Under the pieces are notes generated by a model. The model saw only the letters and a list, made by a program, of their open reading frames with translations, had not been told where the DNA came from and did not search any database. Made by a program: the position numbers and the translations under genes. From a virus: a stretch of 64,000 nucleotides of DNA. Shown piece after piece: positions 38,717-49,120 of the stretch (position 1 is its first letter; every line of letters starts with the position of its first letter). The DNA lies in IMG/VR virus record IMGVR_UViG_3300031237_000273, positions 2,579-66,578 of that record. One strand, 5' to 3'.

Positions 38717-40678
38717 TCAATTTCCTATAGCCCGCCACCAGACCGTCCAACCAGCCGCAGCAGTGCCAGAAGCGTTTTGAATTCGCACTGTGCAACTTGT
38801 CGTAGTAACGCTCGCCCCCATAACCGCATGCTGCAAACATAGCGTGCCAACATGAATAGGCACGACATTGCGCACACCATTTGGGAACGCGATGGGAAAG
38901 GTGATGTAAACATACCCGTTCGCGTCAGTAAGCGCCGACCCCCACTGCTCAATGGCCCCTGACGGAAGCCGATGATAGCCACTACCACCCCACGAACTGG
39001 AGAACTCTGTACTGACCTTGAGTGCCGCTGAACCCGCCAAAAAGTAGTTGGTGCCTTGTACGGTTACTTCAAGCGATGATCCGGGGTTAACGACAATGCT
39101 CGGGACGGGGACCGTGGCAATGGCCGACATACTGCCGCCCGCTGGCGGAACCACGGTTAATGAGGCGTTGCCGACGTTTCTGATATGAATGGTTGAGCCA
39201 GTCAGCACGCTACCACCAACTGGTGGCAGGGTTAGCGTTATCGGCACTCCGGCATTCGCCAGAACAATCTTGCCAAAATCCTCTACCACTATGCTGGCAG
39301 AAGCAGTGAAGATCCTCATGCCGCCTATGTTGCCCAGCGCCCGCTGTACAAACTCCGTTGTAGCCCACGTCTTGCTGACATCAAATTGCGGTGCCGTTAT
39401 CCAGTTTGGGCCAGACATTACCGCCGCATATCTGAGGGACATGGACCCCCCACGCAAACGCCAGCCACCCGACACCTTCACGAACTCCGCGTTATCCCTT
39501 GCGCTCAAAACAACCGTGATCACCCCGCCGTCTGGAGACGTCTCAACGTCCAACCCGGCCGGAAGAATAGTGACTGCACCGATCCCAGCGCTCACCACCT
39601 CAATCGTCGCCCCATCCGGCACCCCGGCAGTAGGCGGCAACGTAATGCTGATCGGTGTAGCGGACGCGGCGGAGACCATCCCGCCAACACTTGAAGCGCC
39701 CAGCGCGGTACTGGCCGTAAGTGGCGCGAAGCCCGAATACTCGACCCCGCTCCGCTTCAAAAACTCGGTCGTAACAAGCGATTTACTGATATCAAACTGC
39801 ACAGGAGTCGGTGCGGTCGGGTTACCGCCGAAACTTGGCGAGAACAACCGGGCCAGGCCGTCCGTGATGTCCTTGAACGTCAGCGCCGTGGTGCCCAGGA
39901 CAATCGGCCCATCCGTTACCAGTTGCCAAATCGTGTCGGCCTGCGTTGCGCCAACCTCGACTGCTACCGTCAGATTTGGCGTCACCTTCGCGATGTTGTC
40001 GGAATCCTTGGCACGCGTCCAAGCGCCGACCGCCACCACATACGGGCCGTTATCCTTCGCAGCCGCCTGATTCTTCACCAACACCCGATCACCGACATTC
40101 AGCGAAACACCATCCATTACCTGTAAGCCGACCAGGGCTATGTTGGCCGTAGTCGCTGCACGGACCGACTGCTTGATGTCGAGCTTGCTCAGCTCTTCAA
40201 GGATGCGGGAATCGACATACTCGCGAGTCGCCAGCACCACCGACGGGTCAATCTTGAGTGTGATGTTGCCGGTGCTGGACACAATGAAATTCATCCGCAC
40301 CACTTGGGTACGCCCGGAACCTTGCGACAGCACCGGCTTGAAGCTCGGCGCGCAGTTGGCCACCGCCACCAGATCGCCGTCCGCGTCATACAAGCCGATT
40401 TCGCGAATCCAGTGCCCGCCCTCGTCGGCCGGAATAATCTGCTCGGCGATAATCACCGCCGGGTTCACCGGATCGACCCGCACTTGATTCAGCGGACGGC
40501 GGCGCCATTCGTTGATCAGATGGGTTTGTGCCGCACTGGGGATCGGGTCGGTGTTGTTGGCATCGCCCACGCCCATTTCGGCGAACTTCCAGGGAACGCC
40601 GAGCGCGTCGGCGTTCGCCTGCTTGGCCATCCCCACGTTCGTGAGGATCGCGAAAAACTGCGAATTCGCATCAATCAT
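38717..40678 (-). CDS. Tail fibre protein
   Basis: P2 gpH-like N-terminus (GG.WIREIGLYD), internal QFD.SK..TTEF repeats, C-terminal LPSG.IEQWG..FPIAFP. Confidence 0.93.
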   Translation of the reverse strand: MIDANSQFFAILTNVGMAKQANADALGVPWKFAEMGVGDANNTDPIPSAAQTHLINEWRRRPLNQVRVDPVNPAVIIAEQIIPADEGGHWIREIGLYDADGDLVAVANCAPSFKPVLSQGSGRTQVVRMNFIVSSTGNITLKIDPSVVLATREYVDSRILEELSKLDIKQSVRAATTANIALVGLQVMDGVSLNVGDRVLVKNQAAAKDNGPYVVAVGAWTRAKDSDNIAKVTPNLTVAVEVGATQADTIWQLVTDGPIVLGTTALTFKDITDGLARLFSPSFGGNPTAPTPVQFDISKSLVTTEFLKRSGVEYSGFAPLTASTALGASSVGGMVSAASATPISITLPPTAGVPDGATIEVVSAGIGAVTILPAGLDVETSPDGGVITVVLSARDNAEFVKVSGGWRLRGGSMSLRYAAVMSGPNWITAPQFDVSKTWATTEFVQRALGNIGGMRIFTASASIVVEDFGKIVLANAGVPITLTLPPVGGSVLTGSTIHIRNVGNASLTVVPPAGGSMSAIATVPVPSIVVNPGSSLEVTVQGTNYFLAGSAALKVSTEFSSSWGGSGYHRLPSGAIEQWGSALTDANGYVYITFPIAFPNGVRNVVPIHVGTLCLQHAVMGASVTTTSCTVRIQNASGTAAAGWTVWWRAIGN

Positions 40679-41279
40679 AATAAACGTCCAGGGTGTCTAT
40701 GGAGTGTTCGCGACCCACCACGCCGATGGTCCCGGTGACCTCGATGTCACGCATGACCGGCGGATAAACGTCGATTTCGTCGCCTTCGTACAGGGCAACA
40801 CTGATGCTCAAAAAGCCTTGGCTTTCGAGGCTGATCGCCAGCCCCGTCAGGTGCCGGGTGACCGGCTTGGCGTCGTCGATCAGGCGTTCCAGCTCCTGAT
40901 ACATTTCCTCGGTGATCCCGGTGTCCAGCACGCCGACCTTCAGCGCGAAGGTGCCCGGCACGCCTTCAGGCACGGTGTTGAACCACTCGATAATTTCGAT
41001 CAGGTAGCCCAGGGGCTCGACCACCCGGCGCAGCGCGCCGATGGTCCCTTTGTGGGCATGGATGTAGTAAGAGGCCTTAATGGCGGCGCGCTTGGTCGCC
41101 TCGGTCCATCGGTAGTCCCAGCGATCCACCGACCACGCCCACGCCAGATGCGGCAGCAGATGCACCGGACAGGTATCGGCGTTGTAAAGGTCGCGCAACG
41201 GGACAATCGTTTTCTCGAAAAACGTCGCCTCCATGGCCCGTTCCAGTTGCGTGCTGTTGATCGGCAGTAGGCTTTTCAT
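40671..41279 (-). CDS. Tail protein I
   Basis: LLPHLAWAWSVDRW, HKGT. Confidence 0.93.
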   Translation of the reverse strand: MKSLLPINSTQLERAMEATFFEKTIVPLRDLYNADTCPVHLLPHLAWAWSVDRWDYRWTEATKRAAIKASYYIHAHKGTIGALRRVVEPLGYLIEIIEWFNTVPEGVPGTFALKVGVLDTGITEEMYQELERLIDDAKPVTRHLTGLAISLESQGFLSISVALYEGDEIDVYPPVMRDIEVTGTIGVVGREHSIDTLDVYYD

Positions 41280-41280
41280 A

Positions 41281-42162
41281 TCAGCCCGCCAGCGTCACGG
41301 TGTAGCCCGTACAGAACGCCGCCTGAGCCTTGGTCGGGGCCAGGTCCTGCCAGCCGATCAGTTCAACCCGAGAAACGCCGGCCACGTGCAACTGCGCATC
41401 GACGCCGGAGCGCGCGACCTCGATGCCCAGCCGCTTGCGCGGATTGATCCAGGCCGCCAATCGGCTTTTGGCCTCGGCCAAACTGGCATCCGCTTCGGGG
41501 CCGGCACTGACCATGTGCAGAATCGCGTTAATTTGGTAGCGGATCACCTGGGCGCTCTGCACCGTCACCCGATCCCCTACCGGACGCACGTCGTCGTCAT
41601 TCAGCGCCGTGGCCACCGTGGCCAGCAGCTCCGGCGACGCCTCGCCTTCCCCATCCAGACATAGCACCGTTACCGTAACGCAACACGGTGCCGGGCTTTC
41701 GGCCGTGGCATCGGCCACCAGCCCCGAGGCGTTACGCGCATGCAGGATGTAGCTGTTACGCGGGCCGGCCGTGGTCAACCCTTCATAGGCCAACTGGATA
41801 CGCTCGCGAAACGGGTCGTCGTCCTCCTTGACCTCCGGCACCGGTGGCACCGCCAGCAGATCGCCGGCTTGAATGACCAGGCGCTTTAGATTGACGTTGG
41901 CCCCCAGGTGATCGAGGTCGCCCTGGATGGCGTGTGCCAGTAATACCGCCTTGCCGGCGTCATTCACCCGGGCGCGGTTGCCGACCTTGATGTACGCGCC
42001 AACCTCCAGCACCTTCACCACCGGATCGCTTTCCAGTGCGGCAGTCCAGTTGCCGCCCATGTACCCGCGAAAGATGCCCAGTCCTTCCTGATACATCTCT
42101 TCGAAGTCCAGAGGCTCCAACACAGTCGGCGCCGGCAGCGACGACAGATCCACGATACTCAT
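41281..42162 (-). CDS. Baseplate assembly protein J
   Basis: DLS.LPAP, ESDP, TAGP..SY, VRPVGDRV. Confidence 0.95.
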   Translation of the reverse strand: MSIVDLSSLPAPTVLEPLDFEEMYQEGLGIFRGYMGGNWTAALESDPVVKVLEVGAYIKVGNRARVNDAGKAVLLAHAIQGDLDHLGANVNLKRLVIQAGDLLAVPPVPEVKEDDDPFRERIQLAYEGLTTAGPRNSYILHARNASGLVADATAESPAPCCVTVTVLCLDGEGEASPELLATVATALNDDDVRPVGDRVTVQSAQVIRYQINAILHMVSAGPEADASLAEAKSRLAAWINPRKRLGIEVARSGVDAQLHVAGVSRVELIGWQDLAPTKAQAAFCTGYTVTLAG

Positions 42163-42485
42163 ACGGCTACCTCCAACGTGACGCCGTCGCCCAGGTACTC
42201 GCCGACAATCTTCAGGTTGATTTGCCCGCCAATAACGGAAATGACGCGCACCTGATCCAGTTTCAAACGCGGCTCCCAGCGCCCCAGGGCGCGGGCAACT
42301 TCAGCCTGTACGGCGCTTTTCCAGCCCTCATTAACGGGCAAGTCAATGAACCGCCGGAGCTTGCTGCCGTACTCCATCCGATGTCGGCGGCTGCCCAACG
42401 GCGTGCCCAAAATGTCTGGAACGGATTGGCGCAAGTGCGCGATGCCGGAAATGGGTTGGCCGGTGTGGCGGTCCATTCCGATCAT
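42159..42485 (-). CDS. Baseplate wedge protein W/gp25
   Basis: HLRQS..DILGTPLGSR, WEPR. Confidence 0.93.
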   Translation of the reverse strand: MIGMDRHTGQPISGIAHLRQSVPDILGTPLGSRRHRMEYGSKLRRFIDLPVNEGWKSAVQAEVARALGRWEPRLKLDQVRVISVIGGQINLKIVGEYLGDGVTLEVAV

Positions 42486-42489
42486 TTGA

Positions 42490-42768
42490 TTACTCCAGCA
42501 ATTGCTGCAGATCTGGATGCGCTTTCAAGAAGGCATATTGATCATCACCCCATGCGGTAACTCGACCAGCTACAACAGAAAGCGTGCCGCCGCCGGGTAG
42601 GATCAATGTCCGCGAGGTGAAAACCTTGTCGCAAAAAACGCGCGGTGGTCCGATGGACTCAACCGCGTCAGCAGTAACAGGAAAACCCAGCGGCGCCGGC
42701 TTCAATCCCGGAACCGCAATGGCTTCGGCGACCCCGGCCGAATCGCCATCAGTTCTAGACTTACTCAT
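42490..42768 (-). CDS. Hypothetical phage protein
   Basis: GGAG RBS; lies between V and W. Confidence 0.7.
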   Translation of the reverse strand: MSKSRTDGDSAGVAEAIAVPGLKPAPLGFPVTADAVESIGPPRVFCDKVFTSRTLILPGGGTLSVVAGRVTAWGDDQYAFLKAHPDLQQLLE

Positions 42769-42824
42769 AAGGCAGACTCCAGATGTGAAAAAGCCCGCGC
42801 TGAGCGGGCTGTGGTGAGTTGAAA

Positions 42825-43391
42825 TTAATGCGTGTGGTGGTTGCTGTTGCCACCGGCATCGATAATCGCGCCAGCACTGGTGATGCCCTTCGTGACGTGT
42901 AAGGCGCCGTCGATGGTCACCGCCGCTTTTAGGTTGATGTTGCCGGTGGTCACGTTCACGGCGCTGTCCGTTACGACCGCTTCAGTGCTGGCGACTTTGA
43001 TGGTCACCGTACCGCTGGGCAGGGTGATGCTGTAGCTCTTGGCCTGCCAGTCGTAGATCAGCGAGCCGCCATCATCAAATCGCCAAACTTCCACGTGGTC
43101 GCGGTTATCCGGCGGCGGGCCGGCATCACCGTACAAGCCCGGAATAAACGTGCCTTGCGACACGTCGCCACTGGCACTGACCAACGTGCCCTGCTCGCCC
43201 ATGGTAGGCGCCCGCCAGTGCCGGGCCTTACCGGCAGCGATGCTGTGCCAGCGCACCCAGGCGCTGGTCCACTCACCATCCGACACCCGACACGCTGGCG
43301 GGGAGGCGGCCAGGTCCAACCCCACCACATAACAAGCCTTGACCACCCCGGCGATCATGCGGTCATGCTGGGCACTTGCGTAGCCGCTCAC
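42825..43391 (-). CDS. Baseplate spike protein V
   Basis: WRAPTMGEQ, FDDG, C-terminal HHTH. Confidence 0.93.
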   Translation of the reverse strand: MSGYASAQHDRMIAGVVKACYVVGLDLAASPPACRVSDGEWTSAWVRWHSIAAGKARHWRAPTMGEQGTLVSASGDVSQGTFIPGLYGDAGPPPDNRDHVEVWRFDDGGSLIYDWQAKSYSITLPSGTVTIKVASTEAVVTDSAVNVTTGNINLKAAVTIDGALHVTKGITSAGAIIDAGGNSNHHTH

Positions 43392-43903
43392 ATGTCCTCC
43401 GCCGGGACAAAGTCCTCTTTGACATCGTTGTTAAACCCAAACAGCAGCGAGCCCGGCGGCTGATCAGGCCAAGGCCACTCCTCGACACCGAGGTACACCT
43501 GCTGCGTCCACTCCACCAACCATACGGTGTAGCCATCCAGGTGCGGCTGGGTCCAGTCCTGCTGCGCTTGTACAAACTCGGCGGGCTCGACTGGCAACCC
43601 CCATGTCTGCGCGCGCAGCAACACGGCGAGCTGGGTTGCCAATTGCACGGCCTGTTGATGATGGTGCGGCTTGATCGGATCGACGATGATGCGCGCCTCG
43701 AACCTGCACACCAGCGAGGTTTCGCCCGTGCCAATGTCGGTACCCGGCTCGATCTCGGCCAGCTCCAGAAACACTGCCGGTAGCGACACGCGGTCCGAAA
43801 TGTTCGGCCAAGCCGTCACTGCCCGCACGCCTGGTAGATGGGTCGTCAGATGCTGTTCTACCGCCCGATAAAGCTGGTCCAGGCTCAAAGGCTCGTCAGA
43901 CAT
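43388..43903 (-). CDS. Tail terminator/completion protein
   Basis: PAVFLEL, VWLVEWTQ; position in the operon. Confidence 0.75.
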   Translation of the reverse strand: MSDEPLSLDQLYRAVEQHLTTHLPGVRAVTAWPNISDRVSLPAVFLELAEIEPGTDIGTGETSLVCRFEARIIVDPIKPHHHQQAVQLATQLAVLLRAQTWGLPVEPAEFVQAQQDWTQPHLDGYTVWLVEWTQQVYLGVEEWPWPDQPPGSLLFGFNNDVKEDFVPAEDM

Positions 43904-44561
43904 TGCCTATCCTCTTGAGGTACTTCTGCAGCTCAAAGTTGAGCTCCTGTTTCAGGATCTCCAGCAGGCGCTCATCCGCCTTTTGTACCCAGCTATCGAA
44001 GTGTGGCCGGGCTTGCTCCAGCGAGACCTTGGCTTTGGCCAACGGAAAGCGACTACCGTTTTCCGCGACCCACCCCGAACTCGGCCCGCGCCCCGGGGAC
44101 ACCGTGCTGTCGGGATAGTCGTCCGCGTTGAAATGCTTGCTCGCCGTGCGAATCCAGATGTCGGGCTTGTTGCCGTAGACCTTCTTCAGGAACGCGCCCT
44201 GGTACCGCCGCCCAGCCACCGACACGCCGCTGCCGGTCTGCCGGGCGCGACCGATTCGGCTGGACTCGATGGCATTGAGTCCAAACCACAGTTTGCCGCT
44301 GGTGGCTGAACCTGCGACCGGGTAACTGCGCAAGCGCTGACGCACCGCTGCAACGGCAATGCGCTCCTGCCGGCTGACGGCCCGGGCGATGTGCGTGCGC
44401 AACCACCCCAACGTCTTGTTGATCGCGCGCCGGTGCGCCGTGGCCGCCGCCTTAGGTACCAACTTGGCAAAGTCCTGAAACGCTTGAAGGTCCGTGGCCG
44501 AGGACTGGATGGAAATCATCCCGCCACCGGCCGAGGGTTTGAAATAGCTACCGACACTCAT
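43896..44561 (-). CDS. Minor tail protein Z-like
   Basis: RRAINKT, YQGAF; position in the operon. Confidence 0.75.
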   Translation of the reverse strand: MSVGSYFKPSAGGGMISIQSSATDLQAFQDFAKLVPKAAATAHRRAINKTLGWLRTHIARAVSRQERIAVAAVRQRLRSYPVAGSATSGKLWFGLNAIESSRIGRARQTGSGVSVAGRRYQGAFLKKVYGNKPDIWIRTASKHFNADDYPDSTVSPGRGPSSGWVAENGSRFPLAKAKVSLEQARPHFDSWVQKADERLLEILKQELNFELQKYLKRIGNV

Positions 44562-44878
44562 GGGCGCATCCTCAGGATCAGGGCGACCAGGCCGTCACCG
44601 CTCGGCTCCAGCTGCAGCAGGTCGTAATCGCCGCCGCCATCCAAAGCGGGCAAATCGACACTGACCAACAGGCCCGGCTCCAGGCCCTGCGAATCGCTGA
44701 CGCGGATCTCGAAACGCGGCTCACGTAACCCGGTGTTGAGCTTGCCGAACTTCGGCTGCAACCAGGGCGCGGCAAACATACCGAACACCGGTTCCTCGCG
44801 ACCCTCGATCCGTGCGGTGTCGCCCAGCGTTTCGAACACCAGCGCGTCAACCTCGGCGATCAGATCGCGAAAGCCCAC
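44558..44878 (-). CDS. Head-tail joining protein
   Basis: GTG start (MGFRDLIAEVD) just after the capsid stop. Confidence 0.75.
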   Translation of the reverse strand: MGFRDLIAEVDALVFETLGDTARIEGREEPVFGMFAAPWLQPKFGKLNTGLREPRFEIRVSDSQGLEPGLLVSVDLPALDGGGDYDLLQLEPSGDGLVALILRMRP

Positions 44879-44880
44879 GG

Positions 44881-45876
44881 TCAGAGTTCCAGGAGGATCT
44901 GGGCACGCGGTCGGGTGCACAGGTGCAGCGGGTTGGACTGGGCTTCACCGGCCATGCCTTTGTTGAACGGCAGCGGCTCGATCATGCTGTAGTAAGGGAT
45001 TCCCTGAGTGTTGACCGTTTCCATGTAGTCCGCCGGCGCAAATACCGAGATGTACAGATCAGGCACACCCTCAGGGACCAGCAACGCCTTATCGTCATGG
45101 ACGAAAGACACACCGGCCACCTTGCCACGGTAGCGCTCCCAGACAATGCCACCGAACTCGAAGCTTTCACGGGCATCACCGCGCAGCGCTGCAGCTTGGA
45201 GCGTGCCTTCATAGGTTTTAACGACCGATTTATGGGCGATCAGCTTGCTCCAGAAGTGCTTGCCGCAGAAGGCGCGGGAACTGGTGCTGGTCACACTGCC
45301 GAGCGCGTCTTCTTGCATATCCAGTGCTTCGAGGCACTTAACCCGTAGCTCGGTACTCTGATCGGCCAGGCCCATGGACAGCTTCTGACGCTGCACGCCG
45401 AAGGATGCATAGATGTCCAACAGCGGGGTTTGGCCATCGGCGTCGAGGATCAGACCATTGAGTGCGCCCATACGCTGGAACTCATGGGTCGCGTCCAACT
45501 GCCGACGCGCTTTCGCCAAACGGGCGTTGACCACATCCTGCACCGCCTGCAATTCGGTGCGGGTACCGAAGGCGCGAATACCTTGGATCTCGTCGGCCTT
45601 GATGGTGAAACGCTCTGGCAAGTGGACGGTGTTGAACGGAATCAGGTTGCGCTTGCTGGCCGCAACCACCAGACCAGAACTCCCGCGCTCACCGGCCGGC
45701 ACCAATGCCAGGGTGTCGCCGTCCTTTTCAATCTGCACAGTCAGGGTCGTAACCCCTTCCTCGCGAAACAGGCCCAGCGCACTGATGCGGCCCGGCAGGT
45801 ACGGTTGTTCATTGAGTGCAGCGGTGAGCGCGGTAACGGTGAACGCTTCGTCGTCAAAAATGGCGATATCGGCCAT
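44881..45876 (-). CDS. Major capsid protein (lambda gpE-like)
   Basis: ADEIQGIRAFG, AQSNPLHLCTRP; ATG 45876 with GGAG RBS. Confidence 0.93.
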   Translation of the reverse strand: MADIAIFDDEAFTVTALTAALNEQPYLPGRISALGLFREEGVTTLTVQIEKDGDTLALVPAGERGSSGLVVAASKRNLIPFNTVHLPERFTIKADEIQGIRAFGTRTELQAVQDVVNARLAKARRQLDATHEFQRMGALNGLILDADGQTPLLDIYASFGVQRQKLSMGLADQSTELRVKCLEALDMQEDALGSVTSTSSRAFCGKHFWSKLIAHKSVVKTYEGTLQAAALRGDARESFEFGGIVWERYRGKVAGVSFVHDDKALLVPEGVPDLYISVFAPADYMETVNTQGIPYYSMIEPLPFNKGMAGEAQSNPLHLCTRPRAQILLEL

Positions 45877-45939
45877 GGGTACTCTCCAGAAATGAAAAAC
45901 CCCGCTCAAGGCGGGGTGCATGCAGTGGGCTAGATCGAC

Positions 45940-46284
45940 TTATCGGACGATCAGGAAATGGGCGGCCAAGTCTTTTTCGGCGTCGGCGTCGAGTCCGGTC
46001 AGGTGCGCTTCGCTGACTTCCGCCAATCGCACGACGGCGCGACCACGGCGCACCACATCCGACTCACCCAGCGGACCGAAGAGAATCGCCACGGCAGCCT
46101 GAGTACCGTCTTCGGCCGCCGGAGCGTACGGCGCAAATTCGCTGGTGGCCGTCACCAGGCCGAGGACCTGGCCCGGGTACAGTGCCGGGCCGGCGGCGAC
46201 GTTGATCGACTCACGCGAAATGTTGCCGGCGCCCTCGGACAACAGAAACTCACCGGCGTGGATCGGTTCTTTTTTGATGGTCAT
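45940..46284 (-). CDS. Head decoration protein
   Basis: GEFLLSEG.G.ISRE, GQVLG. Confidence 0.88.
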   Translation of the reverse strand: MTIKKEPIHAGEFLLSEGAGNISRESINVAAGPALYPGQVLGLVTATSEFAPYAPAAEDGTQAAVAILFGPLGESDVVRRGRAVVRLAEVSEAHLTGLDADAEKDLAAHFLIVR

Positions 46285-47435
46285 GGTCTTGCTCCTTTCG
46301 CGCCGTGCGCAGTGCCAGAGTGAGCCGCTTGTCGAGCGGCCCAGATCGAGGTGGGATCGGTTTGTTTGGCCAGTACCTTCGGCGCCGGGTCGTTGTCCAG
46401 CGGCAAGCTGTTGTCGATTTCGAAGCCTTTGCCGCTGCTGACAATCTTGTCGAACAGGCGCGCCCGAACTGCCGCTGCGTCCAGCCCAGCCGCGACGTAC
46501 TCAGCACTGAACTCCGGCAAGCGTGCAGCCACGCACAGGTCATTCACCGCTTTGGCACGGGCCAGGCCAGCCAGGACGATCTCTTCGCTTTCAAGCTTGG
46601 TCGAACTGAGCAATGGCGCGACCAGGTTGCTGATCCCACCCTCGGTGCAACGCTGGGTGATCATCAGAGCCAACTTAGTCGAGTCGACCACCGGCGGTTC
46701 CAGCGGTGGTGTCTCAACCTCCGGTTCCGGGTCCGCTTCGGGTGGCTCGTCGAGCTGGGCCAGCAGCTCAGCCGGTGCATGCTGGTAACGCTGCAAGACG
46801 CCCCCCTGACCGAGACAGGCCTTAACCTTGATCCCGTCGCCGATTTCATCGGCCAGGCCCAGGGCCAGGGCCTCACTCGCGGTGAGCCAGGTTTCAGCAG
46901 CGACCAGCCGCCGCAATTCAACCTCATCAATGTTCGGCGCCTTGGCTTTGTAGGCCGCGATGATGGCTTCCATGGTCTGGTCGAGGACGTCGGCCACTTT
47001 GCGGAAGTCTTCGGCATCGCCGGCCGCGTAGGTCCAGGGGTTGTGGATCATCAATATCGCGCTTTCGGCGATGACGACCTTGTGTGCGCCGCACACCGCC
47101 ACGCTGGCGGCACTGGCGGCCAAGGCATCAATCCGCCCGGTGCACCGTGCGCCCAAGCGCCTCAACGCGTTGTGCATGGCCAAGCCATCGAACAGGTCGC
47201 CACCGACGCTGTTAAACGCCGCGATCACTTCCGAGACGCCGTCGTCCATGGCGCGCAGATCCTGCACGAACTGATTGGCCGTCACACCCCAGGCACCGAT
47301 CTCGCCGTAGACGAAGACCTCAATCACCCGCTCGGTGGCTTCGCCGCTGGCGTGCACGGCGTACCAGGTTTTGTCTTTGACCTGCACCCGCTCACCCGCG
47401 CGGTTGTAAATGCGCGGTCGCGCTTTTTTGCTCAT
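46281..47435 (-). CDS. ClpP-type head maturation protease/scaffold
   Basis: NSVGGD, AASAAS, MIHNPW, ETWL. Confidence 0.93.
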   Translation of the reverse strand: MSKKARPRIYNRAGERVQVKDKTWYAVHASGEATERVIEVFVYGEIGAWGVTANQFVQDLRAMDDGVSEVIAAFNSVGGDLFDGLAMHNALRRLGARCTGRIDALAASAASVAVCGAHKVVIAESAILMIHNPWTYAAGDAEDFRKVADVLDQTMEAIIAAYKAKAPNIDEVELRRLVAAETWLTASEALALGLADEIGDGIKVKACLGQGGVLQRYQHAPAELLAQLDEPPEADPEPEVETPPLEPPVVDSTKLALMITQRCTEGGISNLVAPLLSSTKLESEEIVLAGLARAKAVNDLCVAARLPEFSAEYVAAGLDAAAVRARLFDKIVSSGKGFEIDNSLPLDNDPAPKVLAKQTDPTSIWAARQAAHSGTAHGAKGARP

Positions 47436-48913
47436 GGTTGCTCCTTGTCGTCGATGGGCTCGACGGCGTCGAGAGTGGTGTAATTGAGGCCCAGGCGCGT
47501 GGCCCGGGCGAGATCGGCGGCGTTCTCCGCGTCAACCGTTTCGGCGTCGTAGCCGGTGCGCAGGACCATCTCACTACGCGAGGCAAAGCCCGCTTGGACT
47601 TCCATGCGCCGCGCCTGCACGTCCTGCACCGGTTGGATGTAGGCCCAGCCTTGCGGCACCCAGCGAGTGCGCAGGTAATTGCGACGCTTTTGCGCGTAAT
47701 CGGCCAGCACCAGGACACCCGATAACACGGCCATGTCCATCCAGGCGGCCCGCACTGGGCGGCAGAGCTGGTGGACATAAACACCGAATTGCAGTTGTTC
47801 CAGACGGCGCCGAAACTCGTTGAGCACCACACGCAGCGCCCGGTCGTTGACCTCGCGCATGTCACCGGTGAGGATCTCGTAGGGCGTCCCCGTCCCCGCC
47901 GCTGCTGCCATCAATTGCTGCCGCATAAAGTCCGGGTAGTTGTTGCCCGCGTCCGGCGGTTTGGAGAACTCGACCTCTTCACCTGGCCCCAGCTCCTGCA
48001 TGGTGCCGGGTTCCAGCGCGACCATCGGGGTGAAGCCGTCGCGATCAAGGCTCAGCGGTTGACCGGTGACCGGGTCTCTGGGCACTGGTCCGGAGTCCGG
48101 AGCCGGCCGACTGATGAAGCCGGCAAACAGGTTGGCCACCTCTTGGCGAAACAACACCGCGTCGTCGTAGTTGTCGAGACTGCGCAGGCGCTTGAGCACC
48201 GGTGACAAGCGCGGTACGCCGCGCAACTGGCCCGGCTCGACCGGCTCATAGATATGCAGCACCTGCGAGGCCGGCACGCGCACCAACTGGTTGTAACCGG
48301 CGTTCAGCGACGACGAGTCACGCGGATGCGACAGGTACATCCAGTACGCCACTCGCTTGCCATCCGGGGTGAACTCGATCCCCGCGCGGATGAGGTTGCC
48401 GGTTTTGGTGGTCTCGAACTTGTCATGCGGGACGAACTCTGGCGCGAGGATCTGAAGCTGCAGCGGTACCGCGAGGCCTTCGTCCAAACTGCGCGGACGC
48501 AACCGCACAAAACACTCGCCCGAGGTTTCAACCGTGCGCGCCGCCAGCGCTTGCTGGCCATAGAAGTCGGTGCGGTCATCCGCATCCGATTCATCAACCC
48601 AGTCCTCCCAGAGTTCCTGCAGCAATTTGCGCAGGACTTCGTCGTCGGTTTTCGGTCGCGGGGTGATGCCGGTGCCGATCAAGTTGCTGACGCGCTTATC
48701 GATCACGTTGAAGGCATACGGGTCGTTGCGAACCGCTGCCCGGGAGCGCGAACGCAAGTTACGCAGTGCCGGCGTGTTGATGCTGTTGACCCCGTTATCG
48801 GGAGCATCCCAGCCAGTGGATCGACGGCCCTCCCCGGCGCCTTCGTAACTGGCCTTGATGTTCGACGGCAACACGAATCCGTTACGGGTCAGCGTCGGAT
48901 AGTGGCGGGCCAT
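47432..48913 (-). CDS. Portal protein (lambda family)
   Basis: LRSRSR, GQLRGVP, LTGD. Confidence 0.95.
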   Translation of the reverse strand: MARHYPTLTRNGFVLPSNIKASYEGAGEGRRSTGWDAPDNGVNSINTPALRNLRSRSRAAVRNDPYAFNVIDKRVSNLIGTGITPRPKTDDEVLRKLLQELWEDWVDESDADDRTDFYGQQALAARTVETSGECFVRLRPRSLDEGLAVPLQLQILAPEFVPHDKFETTKTGNLIRAGIEFTPDGKRVAYWMYLSHPRDSSSLNAGYNQLVRVPASQVLHIYEPVEPGQLRGVPRLSPVLKRLRSLDNYDDAVLFRQEVANLFAGFISRPAPDSGPVPRDPVTGQPLSLDRDGFTPMVALEPGTMQELGPGEEVEFSKPPDAGNNYPDFMRQQLMAAAAGTGTPYEILTGDMREVNDRALRVVLNEFRRRLEQLQFGVYVHQLCRPVRAAWMDMAVLSGVLVLADYAQKRRNYLRTRWVPQGWAYIQPVQDVQARRMEVQAGFASRSEMVLRTGYDAETVDAENAADLARATRLGLNYTTLDAVEPIDDKEQP

Positions 48914-49119
48914 TAGACTCCCTTGCCTCCGTGGTACAGCCGGACCACACGCGAGCGTGGACCGGCAGCGTTGACCAGCGACGAACGAATCTCTTCGCGA
49001 GCCTTGAGCAGCTCGTCGACCGTGCGGTATTCCACGGTACGGTCGGTGTAGCGCACGACTTTTTCACCACGTGCGATGGCCGCCTCAACCGCGTCGAGGT
49101 GCTTTTGGGTAAAGGACAT
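48913..49119 (-). CDS. Head completion protein (gpW-like)
   Basis: AIARGEK.V.Y.DRTVEYR. Confidence 0.88.
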   Translation of the reverse strand: MSFTQKHLDAVEAAIARGEKVVRYTDRTVEYRTVDELLKAREEIRSSLVNAAGPRSRVVRLYHGGKGV

Positions 49120-49120
49120 A

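Noticed and set aside
38271-40678. Diversity-generating retroelement or invertible tail-fibre system
   Set aside because: No reverse transcriptase, template repeat, invertase or second fibre end seen
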